A stretch of DNA of 64,000 bases from an uncultured Candidatus Saccharibacteria bacterium (GCA_964484655.1 CAZAFA010000001.1:97518-161517); one strand, 5' to 3'; shown: positions 15,912-27,418, counted from the stretch's first letter. Numbers and translations are program-made. Notes: generated from the sequence alone by a model not told the origin.

Positions 15912-17314
15912 CAGAAGTCGTCGTACGAGTGCTCGCGGTCGATGTCGCGGAAGCTCGCCGGCTCGGGAGCCCAGCCGAGCTCGATCGTCCTCGTCGGGCC
16001 GTTGCGGTGCTTGGCTATGACGATGTTCGCCTTGTTCTTCACGTCGTCGGGGATCTCGTGGTCCTGCTTGCCCTGGATCTTGAGGTCGCGGTCCTTGCGA
16101 TAGATGAACATGACCACGTCGGCGTCCTGCTCGATGGAGCCCGACTCGCGGAGGTCGTGCAGCTGCGGGGTGCGGTTGTCGCGCTGGTCCACGCCGCGGC
16201 TCAGCTGGGAGAGGGCGAGCACGGGGATCTGGAGCTCGCGCGCGATGAGCTTGAGGCCGCGGCTGATCTCGGTGACCTGCTGGACCATGTTGTCGCGCGA
16301 GTTGCGCGGCGCGATGAGCTGGAGGTAGTCGACGACGAGGAGGCCGAGGCCGTGCTGCATCTGGAGGCGGCGGGCCATGGCGCGCATCTGGAGGATGGTC
16401 GGGGCCGGGGTGTCGTCGATGTAGATCGGCGCGTTGGCGAGCTTGGCGAGGCCTTCCTTGACCATGCCGAGCTCGTACTCGTCGCGGATGTTGCCGGTGC
16501 GCAGCTGCCAGAGGCTCGCGTCGCCGGCGGCGGCGACGAGGCGGTCCACGACCTCCTCGCGGCTCATCTCGAGCGAGAAGACGCCGACGGGCGTGCCGGC
16601 CAGCGCGGCGTGGCGGGCGATGTCGAGCGCGAGCGAGGTCTTACCCATGGACGGGCGGGCGCCGAGGATCACGAGGTTGCTCCGCTGGAGCCCGGAGAGC
16701 GCGCGGTTGAGCTCCTTGAAGCCGGTGGTGACGCCGCGGAGCTCGCCCTTGTGCTCGCGGAGGTACTCGATGCGCTCGAAGGCGTCGGCGAGCTCGCCCG
16801 AGATCGGCACGAAGTTCTGGGTGACCGAGTGCTGCGCGATGCCCATGATGCGCTTCTCGACCTCGCCGAGGAGCTCCTCGACGTCCTCGGCGCCGTCGCC
16901 GAGCGCCGCTTCCGCGATCTGCGCGGACGCGTTGAGGAGCTCGCGGAGCACCTTCTTCTGGCGGACAACCTCGGCGTAGTGCGCGACGTGGCTGGCGGTG
17001 GCGACGTAGTTGGTGAGCTCGGCCAGGTACGTGGCGCCGCCCACGGCCTCGAGTTCGGCGCGGTCCTTGAGGGCGGACGTGACGGAGACGACGTCGATCG
17101 GCTGGCTCTTCTCGAGCAGCTGCACGATGGCCGCGTAGATAGTCGCGTGTGCCGGGATGTAGAAGTCGTCCGCGGCGATGACGTCGCTGACCTTGTAGAT
17201 CGCCTGCGGGTCGATCAGCAGGGCCCCGAGAGTCGCGCGTTCGGCGTCCAGGCTGTGCGGGACGATGCGGGCGTCAACGATGGAGTCGGTGTGCTTGGTA
17301 GGGCGGGTCGCCAT
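15911..17314 (-). CDS. dnaB: Replicative DNA helicase
   Basis: GARPSMGKT, FSLEMS, VDYLQL, LSQLSR, DLRESGSIEQDAD. Confidence 0.98.
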   Translation of the reverse strand: MATRPTKHTDSIVDARIVPHSLDAERATLGALLIDPQAIYKVSDVIAADDFYIPAHATIYAAIVQLLEKSQPIDVVSVTSALKDRAELEAVGGATYLAELTNYVATASHVAHYAEVVRQKKVLRELLNASAQIAEAALGDGAEDVEELLGEVEKRIMGIAQHSVTQNFVPISGELADAFERIEYLREHKGELRGVTTGFKELNRALSGLQRSNLVILGARPSMGKTSLALDIARHAALAGTPVGVFSLEMSREEVVDRLVAAAGDASLWQLRTGNIRDEYELGMVKEGLAKLANAPIYIDDTPAPTILQMRAMARRLQMQHGLGLLVVDYLQLIAPRNSRDNMVQQVTEISRGLKLIARELQIPVLALSQLSRGVDQRDNRTPQLHDLRESGSIEQDADVVMFIYRKDRDLKIQGKQDHEIPDDVKNKANIVIAKHRNGPTRTIELGWAPEPASFRDIDREHSYDDF

Positions 17315-18684
17315 CAGCGGGGCAGGATGCGCGGACCCGTCGGCGAGTCCTCTACGGCGTATCCTAGCCCTTCGATCCGCGCGCGGAAAGCGTCGGCCTG
17401 CATAAACTGTTTACTAGTCCGCGCCATCTCGCGTTTGCTGGCCAATTCGCGCACCTCGTCTGGAATATCCGGCATCTCGTCAAGGATGCGGAGCGCGTCG
17501 TCCATGGCGGCGAGGGTCGCGCGGCGCGCGCCCACCGGCAGCTTCGCCGCCTCGTGCATGAGCGCGAGCGCGCGCGGCGAGCCGAGGTCGTCGGCGAGGG
17601 CGGCCCAGAACCGGTCCATGAGCTCCTCGTCGCGCGTGCCCGCATCCGCGTCGGACCAGTACGCCTCCAGGAGCGAGCGCCGTCCCGCCTTCGCCGCGGC
17701 GAGCGCGTCCCAGGTGAAGTTGAAGCGCGTGCGGTAATGGCTGCCGAGCACGAGGTAGCGGAAGTCGGCGGGGGAGAAGCCGCGCTCGACGAGGTCCTTG
17801 AGGAGGAAGACGTTGCCGAGGCTCTTGCTGATTTTCTCGCCCTCGGTGAGGAGGTGTTCGCAGTGCAGCCACGCCTTAGAGAAGGGAGCGCCATACGCGC
17901 CCTCGCTCTGCGCGATCTCGTTGGTGTGGTGGGGGAAGAGGTGGTCGATGCCGCCGGTGTGGATGTCGATCGGATGCCCGAGGAACCGGTGCGCGAGCGC
18001 GGAGCACTCGAGGTGCCAGCCGGGGAAGCCAACGCCCCAGGGCGAGTCCCAGACCTGGATCGCCTTCGCGTACCGCCCGACGGCCTTGAGCCAGACGGCG
18101 AAGTCCGCCGGATTGCGCTTGCTCGTCTCCGTGACCACCTCCTCGCGCGCGCCGACCATCCGACTCGCCTGATCCTGGCCAGTGAGCGCGCCGTATCCCG
18201 GGAAGGTCGTCACGTCGAAATACACGCCCTCGGGCGTGTCGTACGCGTGCCCCTTGTCGATGAGCAGCCGCACGAGCGCGATCTGGTCGTCCACGAACCT
18301 GCTCGCGCGCGGCATCTGGTCCGGGCGCGCGATGCGGAGCGCGTCCCAGTCGGCGAGGAAGGCGTCCGTGTACTTCGCGATGATCTCCTCGACGTCGACC
18401 TTCTCGCGCTCCACGGCGACCTCCATCTTGTCCTGGCCCTCGTCGCCGTCGTCGGTGAGGTGGCCGACGTCGGTGATGTTCATCACGTGCTCGACGCCGT
18501 ACCCGAGGCCGCGGAGCGTGCGGACGAGGAGGTCGTCGAAGAGAAACTTCCGGAAGTTCCCGATGTGCTGGAAGTTGTAGACCGTGGGGCCGCAGGCGTA
18601 GAGGCGGAGCGGGCCGTCCTCGCGCGGCTCGACTACGACCTCCTTCCGGCCGAGGCTGTCCCGGACCCGCAGCTTCAGTTCCAT
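17314..18684 (-). CDS. cysS: Cysteine--tRNA ligase
   Basis: CGPTVY, HIGN, PGWHLECSA, FPHHTNE, KISKSLGN. Confidence 0.97.
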   Translation of the reverse strand: MELKLRVRDSLGRKEVVVEPREDGPLRLYACGPTVYNFQHIGNFRKFLFDDLLVRTLRGLGYGVEHVMNITDVGHLTDDGDEGQDKMEVAVEREKVDVEEIIAKYTDAFLADWDALRIARPDQMPRASRFVDDQIALVRLLIDKGHAYDTPEGVYFDVTTFPGYGALTGQDQASRMVGAREEVVTETSKRNPADFAVWLKAVGRYAKAIQVWDSPWGVGFPGWHLECSALAHRFLGHPIDIHTGGIDHLFPHHTNEIAQSEGAYGAPFSKAWLHCEHLLTEGEKISKSLGNVFLLKDLVERGFSPADFRYLVLGSHYRTRFNFTWDALAAAKAGRRSLLEAYWSDADAGTRDEELMDRFWAALADDLGSPRALALMHEAAKLPVGARRATLAAMDDALRILDEMPDIPDEVRELASKREMARTSKQFMQADAFRARIEGLGYAVEDSPTGPRILPR

Positions 18685-18723
18685 GCCCCCGATGCAGCTC
18701 TGCGACGCATGGGCGCCATTGTA

Positions 18724-19194
18724 TCAGAGGTGCCCGCCGTGCCGATGGTGCCCGTGCCACTGCCGGTGCACGAGCCAGAGGGAGATCAGCTGGAGGACGA
18801 CCATGGAACCGATGATGGTCCGGTGCAGGTTCAGGAGGACGTTCCCGAAGTACGTGCCGCGGACGAGCTCCATGGCCGCCTCCGGCAGGAGTGGTAGGAC
18901 GAAGGCGGCGCAGATGAGGCCCGTGATGAGGAAGGGGACGACCTGCACGAGCAGGCGGCGGCGGGAGACGGTGCGCCGCAGGAGGTACCCGGTGACGAGC
19001 ATCGGCACGAAGATGATCGCGAGGTGCCCGGGACCGTGCACGTGGAGCAGCGCGTCGAGGTCGTTCCCGAAATAGCGGGCGAGGAGCTCGCCGGCCATGA
19101 GGCTGAAGAAGACGTGCGAGACGCTGACGCGCCAGGCGAGGCCGATCGCGAGCGGGACGAGCAGGACCGACCAGAGGATGACGTCCCCGAGCAT
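18724..19194 (-). CDS. Membrane protein with His-rich tail
   Basis: 4-5 hydrophobic segments; host-like codon usage. Confidence 0.7.
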   Translation of the reverse strand: MLGDVILWSVLLVPLAIGLAWRVSVSHVFFSLMAGELLARYFGNDLDALLHVHGPGHLAIIFVPMLVTGYLLRRTVSRRRLLVQVVPFLITGLICAAFVLPLLPEAAMELVRGTYFGNVLLNLHRTIIGSMVVLQLISLWLVHRQWHGHHRHGGHL

Positions 19195-19242
19195 GCCAGA
19201 AGTATACGCGTAACGAAGAAGGAGCCCTAAGGCTCCTCTTTC

Positions 19243-19539
19243 TCATTCCAACCAGTGCCCGGCAGGCACCGCGTTAATCTCCGCAGCCTGGGCTGCCGCT
19301 TTGGGCTTCAGCAGCCGGATGCCGGTCTTCTCCTTGATGTCAGACCAGAGATAGACAATCGGCATCACAGGGCCGGTTCCCAGCACGAAGATCGTCGCGA
19401 AAACGAATAATCCGAAATCTCTCTGATAGAGCATGTAGAAGAGGCTTTCATGCCTCGAGTTCGCATCCATCAGAAACCAGATGTCGCGCGCGAGAAAGAT
19501 CGCCCACGACGCTTTCCATATAAACCAGACTAGTTCCAC
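19243..19539 (-). CDS. Small membrane hypothetical protein (low GC)
   Basis: GGGAG upstream, AT-rich promoter, and terminator hairpin at about 19219-19240. Confidence 0.55.
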   Translation of the reverse strand: MELVWFIWKASWAIFLARDIWFLMDANSRHESLFYMLYQRDFGLFVFATIFVLGTGPVMPIVYLWSDIKEKTGIRLLKPKAAAQAAEINAVPAGHWLE

Positions 19540-19621
19540 AGAATTATTTCTCCCTATTACGTATTATTTGCCGTAGCTGATACAACTTATAATACATTAT
19601 CGGCTACCAGTCAATCATAGA

Positions 19622-19648
19622 TTAGCAATCTTGACCGGGGACTGCTAA
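19622..19648 (+). promoter_or_regulatory. CIRCE operator (HrcA site)
   Basis: TTAGCAATC-N9-GACTGCTAA versus consensus TTAGCACTC-N9-GAGTGCTAA; TTGACC lies in the spacer. Confidence 0.9.
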
Positions 19649-19669
19649 CCGCGCACAATTACCTCCGCC

Positions 19670-20356
19670 ATGCGGAACCGCGCCGCTGAAATCCTGGAAG
19701 CAACCGTCCGCGAGTTCATCCTCACGGGCCTGCCGGTGAGCTCGTCGCATCTCTACGAGCGCTACGATTTCGGGATCAAGCCGGCGAGCATCCGCATCGA
19801 GCTAACGGACCTTACCGACGAGGGATTCCTCGAGCAGCCGCACCACGCGGCGGGACACGTGCCCAGCGACCGCGGGTACGAGTACTACGCGCTCCGCGCG
19901 CTCGAGGACCCGGCGCCGTCCCGGGGCTTCCGCGGGATGGCCGACGCCGTCCGCGCGAGCGCCTACGACGACCTCGCCGACCTCCTCGCGGAGCAGGTGG
20001 GCGCGGTCGGGGTCGTCGCCGACCTCGACCGGGGCTACGCGGTGACCCGCGGCCTCCCGGCGCTCGTCGAGCGCCTCGACTGGGAGAGCCGCGAGGAGCT
20101 CGCGGGCATCCTCCGCGACATCGAGGGCATCGACGAGCGCATCGCGCGGTTCGGCGCCAAGATCGGCACCGACCCGCGGCCGTACATCGGCTCCCGGAGC
20201 CCGTTCGGCGGCCACGGGGCGCTCGCCGCGATCGCGGCGCGCTACTCGCTGCACGGGCGGCCGGTCGCCATCATCGCGGTCGGGCCCAAACGAATGGACT
20301 ACGACCGGGCCGCGACCCTCTTCGCCGCGCTCCAGGACCTTTCCGAAGCTGACTAA
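19670..20356 (+). CDS. hrcA: Heat-inducible repressor HrcA (short form)
   Basis: PVSS, PASIRIEL..L...GFLEQPH, VPSDRGY, VGPKRMDY. Confidence 0.9.
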   Translation: MRNRAAEILEATVREFILTGLPVSSSHLYERYDFGIKPASIRIELTDLTDEGFLEQPHHAAGHVPSDRGYEYYALRALEDPAPSRGFRGMADAVRASAYDDLADLLAEQVGAVGVVADLDRGYAVTRGLPALVERLDWESREELAGILRDIEGIDERIARFGAKIGTDPRPYIGSRSPFGGHGALAAIAARYSLHGRPVAIIAVGPKRMDYDRAATLFAALQDLSEAD

Positions 20357-20372
20357 CCACTATTCACACACC

Positions 20373-20891
20373 ATGGACGAGAACACGATCAACCCCGACA
20401 GCGAGCTCCCGGTCGCGCCCGGCGCGCAGGAGCTCGAGGACATCCGCACCGACCTCGAGCGCGAGCGCGACGAGTACAAGGACGGCTGGATGCGCGCGAA
20501 GGCGGACCTCATCAACCACAAGAAGCAGGAAGCGGAGCGCGTGAGCGCTGCGATCGCCACCGGGCTGCAGTCCGTCGTCAGCGACGTCCTCCTCGTCCTC
20601 GACAGCTTCGACGTGGCCATCGCCGCCATCCAGGACGAGACGGCGGCGCAGGGCCTCCGCATGATCCGCTCTCAGCTCCTCGACGTGCTCAAGCGGTACG
20701 GCGTCGCGCAGGTCCCGGCCGCCGAGCTCGTCGGCAAGGAGTTCGACCCCGCCGTCGCCGAGGCCATCGGCACGCAGCCGAGCGACCAGCCCGAGGGGAC
20801 CGTCGTGACGGTCGTCCAGGAGGGCTACCGCATGGGGGACAAGGTCCTCCGCGCCGCCCGCGTCCTCGTCGCCGCACCCGCCCAGTCGTAA
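20373..20891 (+). CDS. grpE: Nucleotide exchange factor GrpE
   Basis: RAKADLIN, FDPAVAEA, QEGY...VLRAARV; synteny. Confidence 0.95.
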   Translation: MDENTINPDSELPVAPGAQELEDIRTDLERERDEYKDGWMRAKADLINHKKQEAERVSAAIATGLQSVVSDVLLVLDSFDVAIAAIQDETAAQGLRMIRSQLLDVLKRYGVAQVPAAELVGKEFDPAVAEAIGTQPSDQPEGTVVTVVQEGYRMGDKVLRAARVLVAAPAQS

Positions 20892-20906
20892 CCACCACCC
20901 ATCACC

Positions 20907-22799
20907 ATGCCTAAGATCATCGGAATCGACCTCGGTACCACCAACTCCGCCGTCGCCGTCACGGAGGGCGGCGAGCCGCGCATCCTCGAGAATCACGAGG
21001 GCAACCGCACCACGCCGTCCATCGTCGCCGTCAACAAGGCGGGAGAGCGCCTCGTCGGCCTCCTCGCCAAGCGCCAGGCGATCACGAACCCGGCGAACAC
21101 CATCTACTCGGTGAAGCGCCTCATCGGCCGCTCCTTCGACGACCCCGAGGTGCAGCGGGACATCACGCTGCTCCCGTACGAGGTGCGGAAGGCCAGCAGC
21201 GGCGGCGTCGAGGTGAAGCTCGGCGACGCGTGGCACACCCCCGAGGCGATCTCCTCGTTCGTCCTCGCAAAACTCAAGGCGGACGCGGAAGCCAAGCTCG
21301 GCGACACGGTCACCGAGGCGGTCATCACGGTGCCGGCCTACTTCGACGACGCGCAGCGCCAGGCGACCAAGAACGCGGGCGAGATCGCGGGCCTGAAGGT
21401 GCGCCGCATCATCAACGAGCCGACCGCGGCCGCGCTCGCGTACGGGCTAAACAAGAACAAGCACGAGAAGGTGGTGGTGTACGACTTCGGCGGCGGCACG
21501 TTCGACGTGTCGGTGCTCGAGATCGGCGACGACACGGTCGAGGTGGTCGCGACCGGCGGCGACACGCACCTGGGCGGCGACGACTTCGACAACGCGCTTC
21601 AGAACCATCTCCTCGCCGAGTACAAGAAGCAGGAGGGCATCGACCTCGCCAAGGACCCGCTCGCGCTCCAGCGCATCAAGGAGGCGGCAGAGCGCGCCAA
21701 GCACGAGCTCTCGACCGCGACCGAGACGGAGATCAACATCCCGTACATCACCAGCGACGCGAACGGGCCGAAGCACTTCCTCCTCAAGCTGACCCGCGCC
21801 ACGCTCGAGGAGCTCACGCGCGAGCTCGTGGAGCGGTCCGTGGCGATCACCAAGGAGGTGGTCACCGCGCCCGCGCCGAAGGGCGCCGGCTTCCAGATCG
21901 CGGACATCGCGGAGGTCATCCTCGTCGGCGGCCAGACGCGCATGCCGGCCATCCAGGAGGCGGTGAAGGGCCTCTTCGGCAAGGAGCCGCATCGCGGCAT
22001 CAACCCGGACGAGGTGGTCGCCTCGGGCGCCGCGGTCCAGGCGGGCATCCTCCAGGGCGACGTGAAGGACATCCTCCTGCTCGACGTCACCCCGCTGACG
22101 CTCTCCATCGAGACGCTCGGCGGCGTCGCGACCCCGATGATCGAGAAGAACACCACGGTCCCGACCAACAAGACCCAAACCTTCTCGACGGCCGCGGACA
22201 ACCAGCCGAGCGTCGAGGTGCACATCCTCCAGGGCGAGCGGCCGATGGCTTCCGACAACAAGACGCTCGCGCGCTTCATCCTGGACGGCATCCCGCCGGC
22301 CCCGCGCGGCGTGCCGCAGATCGAGGTCAGCTTCGACATCGACGCCAACGGCATCCTGAACGTCTCCGCCAAGGACAAGGCCTCCGGCAAGAGCCAGTCC
22401 GTCCGCATCGAGGCGAGCACGGCGCTCTCCAAGGAGGAGATCGAAAAGCTCCGGAACGACGCGGCCGCGCACGCCGAGGAGGACCGCAAGCGCAAGGAGC
22501 TCGTCGAGACGCGGAACAACGCCGAGAGCCTCGCGTACACCGCGGAGAAGGCTCTCGCCGACGCCGGCGACAAGGTCCCCGCGGACCTCAAGGCCGGGGT
22601 GGAGGAGAAGGTGAAGGCGGTGCGCGACGCGCTCGCCGGCGAGGACGCGGACGCTATCAAGTCGGCGTCCGACGCGCTAAGCTCTGAGATGCAGAAGATC
22701 GGCGAGCAGCTCTACAAGCAGCCCGAGACGCCGCACGACAGCAGTGCTGATACTCAACCCCGAGAACCTGGAGAAGACGCAGGCCCCGCTGCGTCCTGA
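20907..22799 (+). CDS. dnaK: Chaperone DnaK
   Basis: [27 protein letters not shown]. Confidence 0.99.
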   Translation: MPKIIGIDLGTTNSAVAVTEGGEPRILENHEGNRTTPSIVAVNKAGERLVGLLAKRQAITNPANTIYSVKRLIGRSFDDPEVQRDITLLPYEVRKASSGGVEVKLGDAWHTPEAISSFVLAKLKADAEAKLGDTVTEAVITVPAYFDDAQRQATKNAGEIAGLKVRRIINEPTAAALAYGLNKNKHEKVVVYDFGGGTFDVSVLEIGDDTVEVVATGGDTHLGGDDFDNALQNHLLAEYKKQEGIDLAKDPLALQRIKEAAERAKHELSTATETEINIPYITSDANGPKHFLLKLTRATLEELTRELVERSVAITKEVVTAPAPKGAGFQIADIAEVILVGGQTRMPAIQEAVKGLFGKEPHRGINPDEVVASGAAVQAGILQGDVKDILLLDVTPLTLSIETLGGVATPMIEKNTTVPTNKTQTFSTAADNQPSVEVHILQGERPMASDNKTLARFILDGIPPAPRGVPQIEVSFDIDANGILNVSAKDKASGKSQSVRIEASTALSKEEIEKLRNDAAAHAEEDRKRKELVETRNNAESLAYTAEKALADAGDKVPADLKAGVEEKVKAVRDALAGEDADAIKSASDALSSEMQKIGEQLYKQPETPHDSSADTQPREPGEDAGPAAS

Positions 22800-23763
22800 G
22801 GCGACGCGGCCCGCGCGGTACGCCTCGGTGCTCCGCGTATCCCTCGCGATCATCACGACCGCGGCGGCGTTCCTGTCGGGCTACGCGGTGACGCAGTACT
22901 TCGCGCTCGCCTGGCCGCTCTGGTACGCCGCGGCGGCGATCGGCGGGTTCGTCTACCTGGCCGCGCTCGTCGCGATCACGGTCGACGGGTTGCGCTGGCA
23001 CATCCCGCTCGCGGTCATCTGGGGCGCCTGCTTCGCGCTCGGCCTCCCGTGGCGCGACGGCGCCGAGGCGTTCGCGATGGCGGGCATCGTCGCGGCCGGG
23101 TCCGTCCTGGCGTACATGACGTACGCCTCGGGGGCGAGCTCCTTCGCGACGCTCCATACCTTCACCGTGTCCCGCCGCTATGCGTCGGCGCTCGCGAGCG
23201 GCATCGTGCTCGCGCTCATCGTCCTCTACGGCGCCGCGCTCAGTCGCGGAAACCCGATCCTTCCCGAGAATGCGTTCGCCGGCGTCGCCGACCACGCGGC
23301 GCGCCTCGTGCCGACGTTCCTCCCTACGGTCCCGCAGAACGGCTCGTCGACTTTGTCGGTCAACGACCTCGCGCGCGCTTCCGTCACGGCGCAGCTCAAG
23401 GACGACCCGCGCTTCAAGGCGCTCGACCCTGCCGAGCAGCAGGAGGTGCTCGAGAACGCCGTGGAGCAGGCCGCGAAGTCCTTCACCAAGCAGCTCGGCG
23501 CGGCGAGCTCCTCGCCGGACGCGTCGGTCGGGTCGGTCACGCAGACGGCGCTCGCGAGCATGCTCAACCGCTTCCGCGACCAGTTCGGCTGGTACTTCAT
23601 CGCCGCCTGGCTCCTCGGCGCCTTCTTCGTCGCGCGTTCGGCCGCGTTCGTGATCACGCTCGCTATCGCCGGCGTCGTCTGGCTCACCGTCCTCGCGGCG
23701 CTCTCGCTGGGCATCCTCCGCGTCGATACGATCCCGGCGTACCGCGAGCGCCTCATACTCTGA
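22744..23763 (+). CDS. Multi-pass membrane hypothetical protein (start uncertain)
   Basis: About 5 N-terminal TM segments, a soluble loop and a C-terminal TM region; fills the dnaK-dnaJ gap. Confidence 0.75.
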   Translation: MLILNPENLEKTQAPLRPEATRPARYASVLRVSLAIITTAAAFLSGYAVTQYFALAWPLWYAAAAIGGFVYLAALVAITVDGLRWHIPLAVIWGACFALGLPWRDGAEAFAMAGIVAAGSVLAYMTYASGASSFATLHTFTVSRRYASALASGIVLALIVLYGAALSRGNPILPENAFAGVADHAARLVPTFLPTVPQNGSSTLSVNDLARASVTAQLKDDPRFKALDPAEQQEVLENAVEQAAKSFTKQLGAASSSPDASVGSVTQTALASMLNRFRDQFGWYFIAAWLLGAFFVARSAAFVITLAIAGVVWLTVLAALSLGILRVDTIPAYRERLIL

Positions 23764-23770
23764 CCCCGTC

Positions 23771-24826
23771 ATGGCGAAGGACTACTACCAGATCCTGGGC
23801 GTTTCGCGCGACGCTTCCCCGGAGGAGATCAAGAAGGCGTACCGCAAGGCCGCGCACCAGCACCACCCTGACAAGCAGGGCGGCGACGAGGCGCGCTTCA
23901 AGGAGGTCAACGAGGCGTACCAGGTGCTCGGGAACGCCGAGAAGCGCGCCCGCTACGACCGTACCGGCTCCGCGGATGGCTTCCCGGGCGGCGGAGCTGG
24001 ATTCGGCGGCTTCGGCGCGGAGGGCTTCGAGGTGAACTTCGAGGACCTCGGGGACCTGTTCTCGAGCGTCTTCTCCGGCGGCTTCGGCGGGGGATCGCCG
24101 CGCCGCCGCGATCGCGGCGACGATCTTCACGTGGAGCTCCGCATCTCGCTCGAGGAAGCCTTCTCCGGCGGCGACCACGGCTTCCGCGTCCCGGCGCAGG
24201 TGAAGTGCGATACGTGCGCGGGCTCGGGCGCCGCGGAGGGCAGCAAGCTGGTCACCTGCGCGACCTGCCACGGCAAGGGGCAGGTGGTGCAGACGCGCCG
24301 CGTGCTCTTCGGGCAGTTTCAGCAGGCGATCCCGTGTCCGGACTGCGAGGGAAGCGGGCAGAAGCCGGAGAAGCCGTGCCCGGCATGCCACGGAGCAGGA
24401 CGCGTGAAGGGGACGCGTGACGTGAAGGTCCACATCGACCCGGGCGTGCAGGACGGGCAGGTCATTGCTGTTCCCGACATGGGCGACGCGGGCCAGCGCG
24501 GCCTGCCGGCCGGATCGCTGGGCGTCCTGGTGCGTATCGCGCGGCACAAGACCTTCGTCCGCGAGGGCGACGAGCTCCTCGCCGACGTGCCGGTCTCGCC
24601 GCTCGAGCTCCTCGCGCACGAGCCGATCCAGGTGCCCGTCATCGACGGCGGCACGGAGCCGGTCTCGATCCCGGCGGGCACGGACCTGTCCCAGCTGTTC
24701 CGCGTGAAGGGGAAGGGGATGCCGCGTTTCCGCGGCAGGGGACGCGGGGACCTGCTCGTGCGGTTCCACGTCATCACGACCAAGAGGCCTGGGAAGCGGG
24801 AGGTAGAGAAGCTGTTCGAGTCCTAG
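23771..24826 (+). CDS. dnaJ: Chaperone DnaJ
   Basis: HPD J-domain, G/F region, four CxxCxGxG repeats. Confidence 0.97.
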   Translation: MAKDYYQILGVSRDASPEEIKKAYRKAAHQHHPDKQGGDEARFKEVNEAYQVLGNAEKRARYDRTGSADGFPGGGAGFGGFGAEGFEVNFEDLGDLFSSVFSGGFGGGSPRRRDRGDDLHVELRISLEEAFSGGDHGFRVPAQVKCDTCAGSGAAEGSKLVTCATCHGKGQVVQTRRVLFGQFQQAIPCPDCEGSGQKPEKPCPACHGAGRVKGTRDVKVHIDPGVQDGQVIAVPDMGDAGQRGLPAGSLGVLVRIARHKTFVREGDELLADVPVSPLELLAHEPIQVPVIDGGTEPVSIPAGTDLSQLFRVKGKGMPRFRGRGRGDLLVRFHVITTKRPGKREVEKLFES

Positions 24827-24943
24827 TCTGCCAAGTTCCTCGCGGAAGTAGGCAAGGAAATCAGCACGAAGTTGTGGGCTGTAGTGATACATAAAGACCG
24901 TGCATTACGGCACGGTCATCATCGGGATTACGTACCCCGGTCT

Positions 24944-25820
24944 TTACCCGGAAGTTTCCGATAAAGGCTTGGAGGGGAGATAGGCAGGGTTAATCTGGAC
25001 GAAGCCCGTCTTCCCGGTACCAATCATCAAAAAATCTGTGATAGCTCCCTTGGTTTGTTTCATAACCTTGCTTTGAACATCTTCAGCGGCACGAACGTAT
25101 GTGCGTGCACTAGCCTCAGAATGATCGTCAGCTGCATCGTCAGAAAGCTCTGAATAATAAAAGCGTTCGTCAGGATTGCGTAGCATCCGCTCTATGAGAT
25201 AAAAGCCCTCGGTTTTTGCTTGCCGCAAGTTAAGACTGATCGGGAATGAGCCTATATGTAGGGTGCCTGTATCTGAATCTAGGCTGAGCACGCGCTCGTC
25301 CTTATCTTCGGGTTTAGTAAGCCAGACCCTGCACGCCTCGATTACGAGGGGGGTGCGTGAAACGCAGCCAATTCTTGTAGCGATCCTTGCGGAGCAAGAA
25401 GTGGTTATCAGGCATCGGCTTATCGTCAATTGCAAATTCAGTGAGGAGCATCGCAAAGCGCGTCCCAGTTTCAGGCCTACTGCCATCCTCAATTTTCCTG
25501 AGCAAAGTTTCGACTGCACCGTATACCTGCCATAGCTCGTCATAGACAGGCCAGAAGTGAAGCTCGTGAAGGGTAGTGAGCATAGCTTCGCGGTCTAGAT
25601 CCGGGGCAGTCAGAACCTTTTTCTTAATCTCTTGCCACTTCGCAAACTCTTCGTACAGAAAATGGCCTTCGAGTCCGTGGGTGTTAGCCACGGTTTTTAC
25701 ATAGCCGTGAATCTCCCTGAAGAGTTGCAAATCCGGCTCCATAGTCATCATGAGTTGGTAGCGGCGTTCGAGGTCGGCAATAACCTGATCTGCCGTAGGG
25801 GGAGTCTCTGATTGGGCCAT
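24944..25820 (-). pseudogene. Frameshifted hypothetical gene, possible C-terminal winged-helix
   Basis: Track ORFs 25314-25970 and 24944-25543 join (…WLRFTHP/LVIEACRVW…) if one C is removed from the C6 run (plus-strand G6 at 25348-25353). Confidence 0.6.
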
Positions 25821-25929
25821 AAATCTGGTGGCTTTCAAGGTGCCTATTACTGCACTAAACTGCAAGCTATAGCAGTGGCTATCCAGAAGCCCTTCCATTA
25901 GGCTTTTGGCAAAATCCCATAGAACACCC

Positions 25930-26889
25930 ATGCGCCTAGGAGAAATCAAAAAGATACTAGACAGAGTCACTGATGGCTCGGTTATTGCCGTAGCGCATGA
26001 ACCCCTTTATGGAGATCAAGCTCAGCGTGTTGGCAACTACGGGGATGTAATCGCCGCTCTCGAGGTGCTATCTGAGCAGGACTGGAGCGAGCTCGATAAG
26101 GCAACCCTGAATAGCCTGCTGGAAAAACATCCTTCTACAGAATCCGCCATTCTCACCCAGGAAGAGTTTAGTCAGCTAAATGCGCTGGTGAGTGCAGTAA
26201 ATCAAAAGCTGCCCGTTTTCTATTCCATACTTAAAAATATGGTTGACTCTCAGGAAGAGCAGACCATTAACATTAAGCTACCAGCGGGTATTGATTCGAT
26301 TGCTAAGCTAACGAAATTCAATAACAACATCGAGAATGTACTGAAGCGTTTCAATGTTGACGGTCAGTTTGATTTTAAACAGTTCGATAAAGGATCCGAT
26401 TGGTATGTCATCGTTGCTACCAGTTATCTTTCTTACAGGTTCTTACTTGCGGGCCTGGCAACGGCGCAGAAATACCTAGAAATGAGAAAGGCCAGTTTCG
26501 AATCAAAAACTGCTGAACTAGAATACCGGGCTGCAGTTGATAAACCTGAAGTCGAACCAAAGGAAGTAAAAGCCTTCGTGGAACGCAAGCTTAAACTTTT
26601 CGTGGAGAACGAAGTCCAAGAAGCAATACAGCAACTTGGTACAGGATCAAATACTGAAGGTGAGCTTCGCGTGAAGTTGATACAGGCAACCACAGCTCTT
26701 ATTAAGGAGCTTGATGATGGAGCGGAATTCCACCTATCACTTAATCCTCCAGCTTATGCAGAGGAAAATGGTGGTCAGCTGAGGATTGACTACTCGAAAA
26801 TGCGGCCCCTTATCGAAAAGAAGGAAGAGGACAGCAAGCAACTGAACGCTCCCGCAGAGGCAGATTCCGTGGAAGATCAAACCGAATAA
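25930..26889 (+). CDS. Hypothetical helical protein
   Basis: 319-aa open frame in low-GC DNA; no recognised motif. Confidence 0.75.
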   Translation: MRLGEIKKILDRVTDGSVIAVAHEPLYGDQAQRVGNYGDVIAALEVLSEQDWSELDKATLNSLLEKHPSTESAILTQEEFSQLNALVSAVNQKLPVFYSILKNMVDSQEEQTINIKLPAGIDSIAKLTKFNNNIENVLKRFNVDGQFDFKQFDKGSDWYVIVATSYLSYRFLLAGLATAQKYLEMRKASFESKTAELEYRAAVDKPEVEPKEVKAFVERKLKLFVENEVQEAIQQLGTGSNTEGELRVKLIQATTALIKELDDGAEFHLSLNPPAYAEENGGQLRIDYSKMRPLIEKKEEDSKQLNAPAEADSVEDQTE

Positions 26890-26903
26890 GGGTTGTTAAA
26901 TTA

Positions 26904-27371
26904 ATGGAAATCATTTTTCTCAAAGATCGGGATTGGCGGGTAAATGATGGTCGCCTTAGTCTGATTAGAGAATTTAAGCCCTTTCTAGGAAGTAAGGTAG
27001 AAAATGGGATGGCTATCACGGTAGATTCTTCTATTCCTTATGCCTCGGTAGAATTTGTAAGTCATAACCTTCCTAACCAGGCAACGGGTTTTATCACTCA
27101 CAAAGAGGACTTTATAAATCTATGGAAGGTTTTTAATGACAGGGGGATAGCCTCGAATGAAGAAGTAATTTTTTACTGGTCTACAAAGCATTACAAATCA
27201 AAAATAGTAGGGTTTCTTTCAAAAATGCTTCCCAAAATGGCTATTTACGTAGTGCCAAGCGGCACATATCAAACTGTCAGTGATATGGATTTACCGAAAG
27301 TAGATACTGCAAATGTCATGTATTACGCACTAGCGGCGAAGGATGCTTGGATCCCGGAAATAATGACTTAA
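26904..27371 (+). CDS. Hypothetical protein
   Basis: 155-aa ORF in AT-rich DNA. Confidence 0.7.
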   Translation: MEIIFLKDRDWRVNDGRLSLIREFKPFLGSKVENGMAITVDSSIPYASVEFVSHNLPNQATGFITHKEDFINLWKVFNDRGIASNEEVIFYWSTKHYKSKIVGFLSKMLPKMAIYVVPSGTYQTVSDMDLPKVDTANVMYYALAAKDAWIPEIMT

Positions 27372-27390
27372 ATTCGGCCATAACAATATT

Positions 27391-27418
27391 ATCGTTCGAA
27401 CATCGTCCACGGCCCCCA
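27391..27418 (+). repeat. 28-bp direct repeat, copy 1
   Basis: ATCGTTCGAACATCGTCCACGGCCCCCA. Confidence 0.9.
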
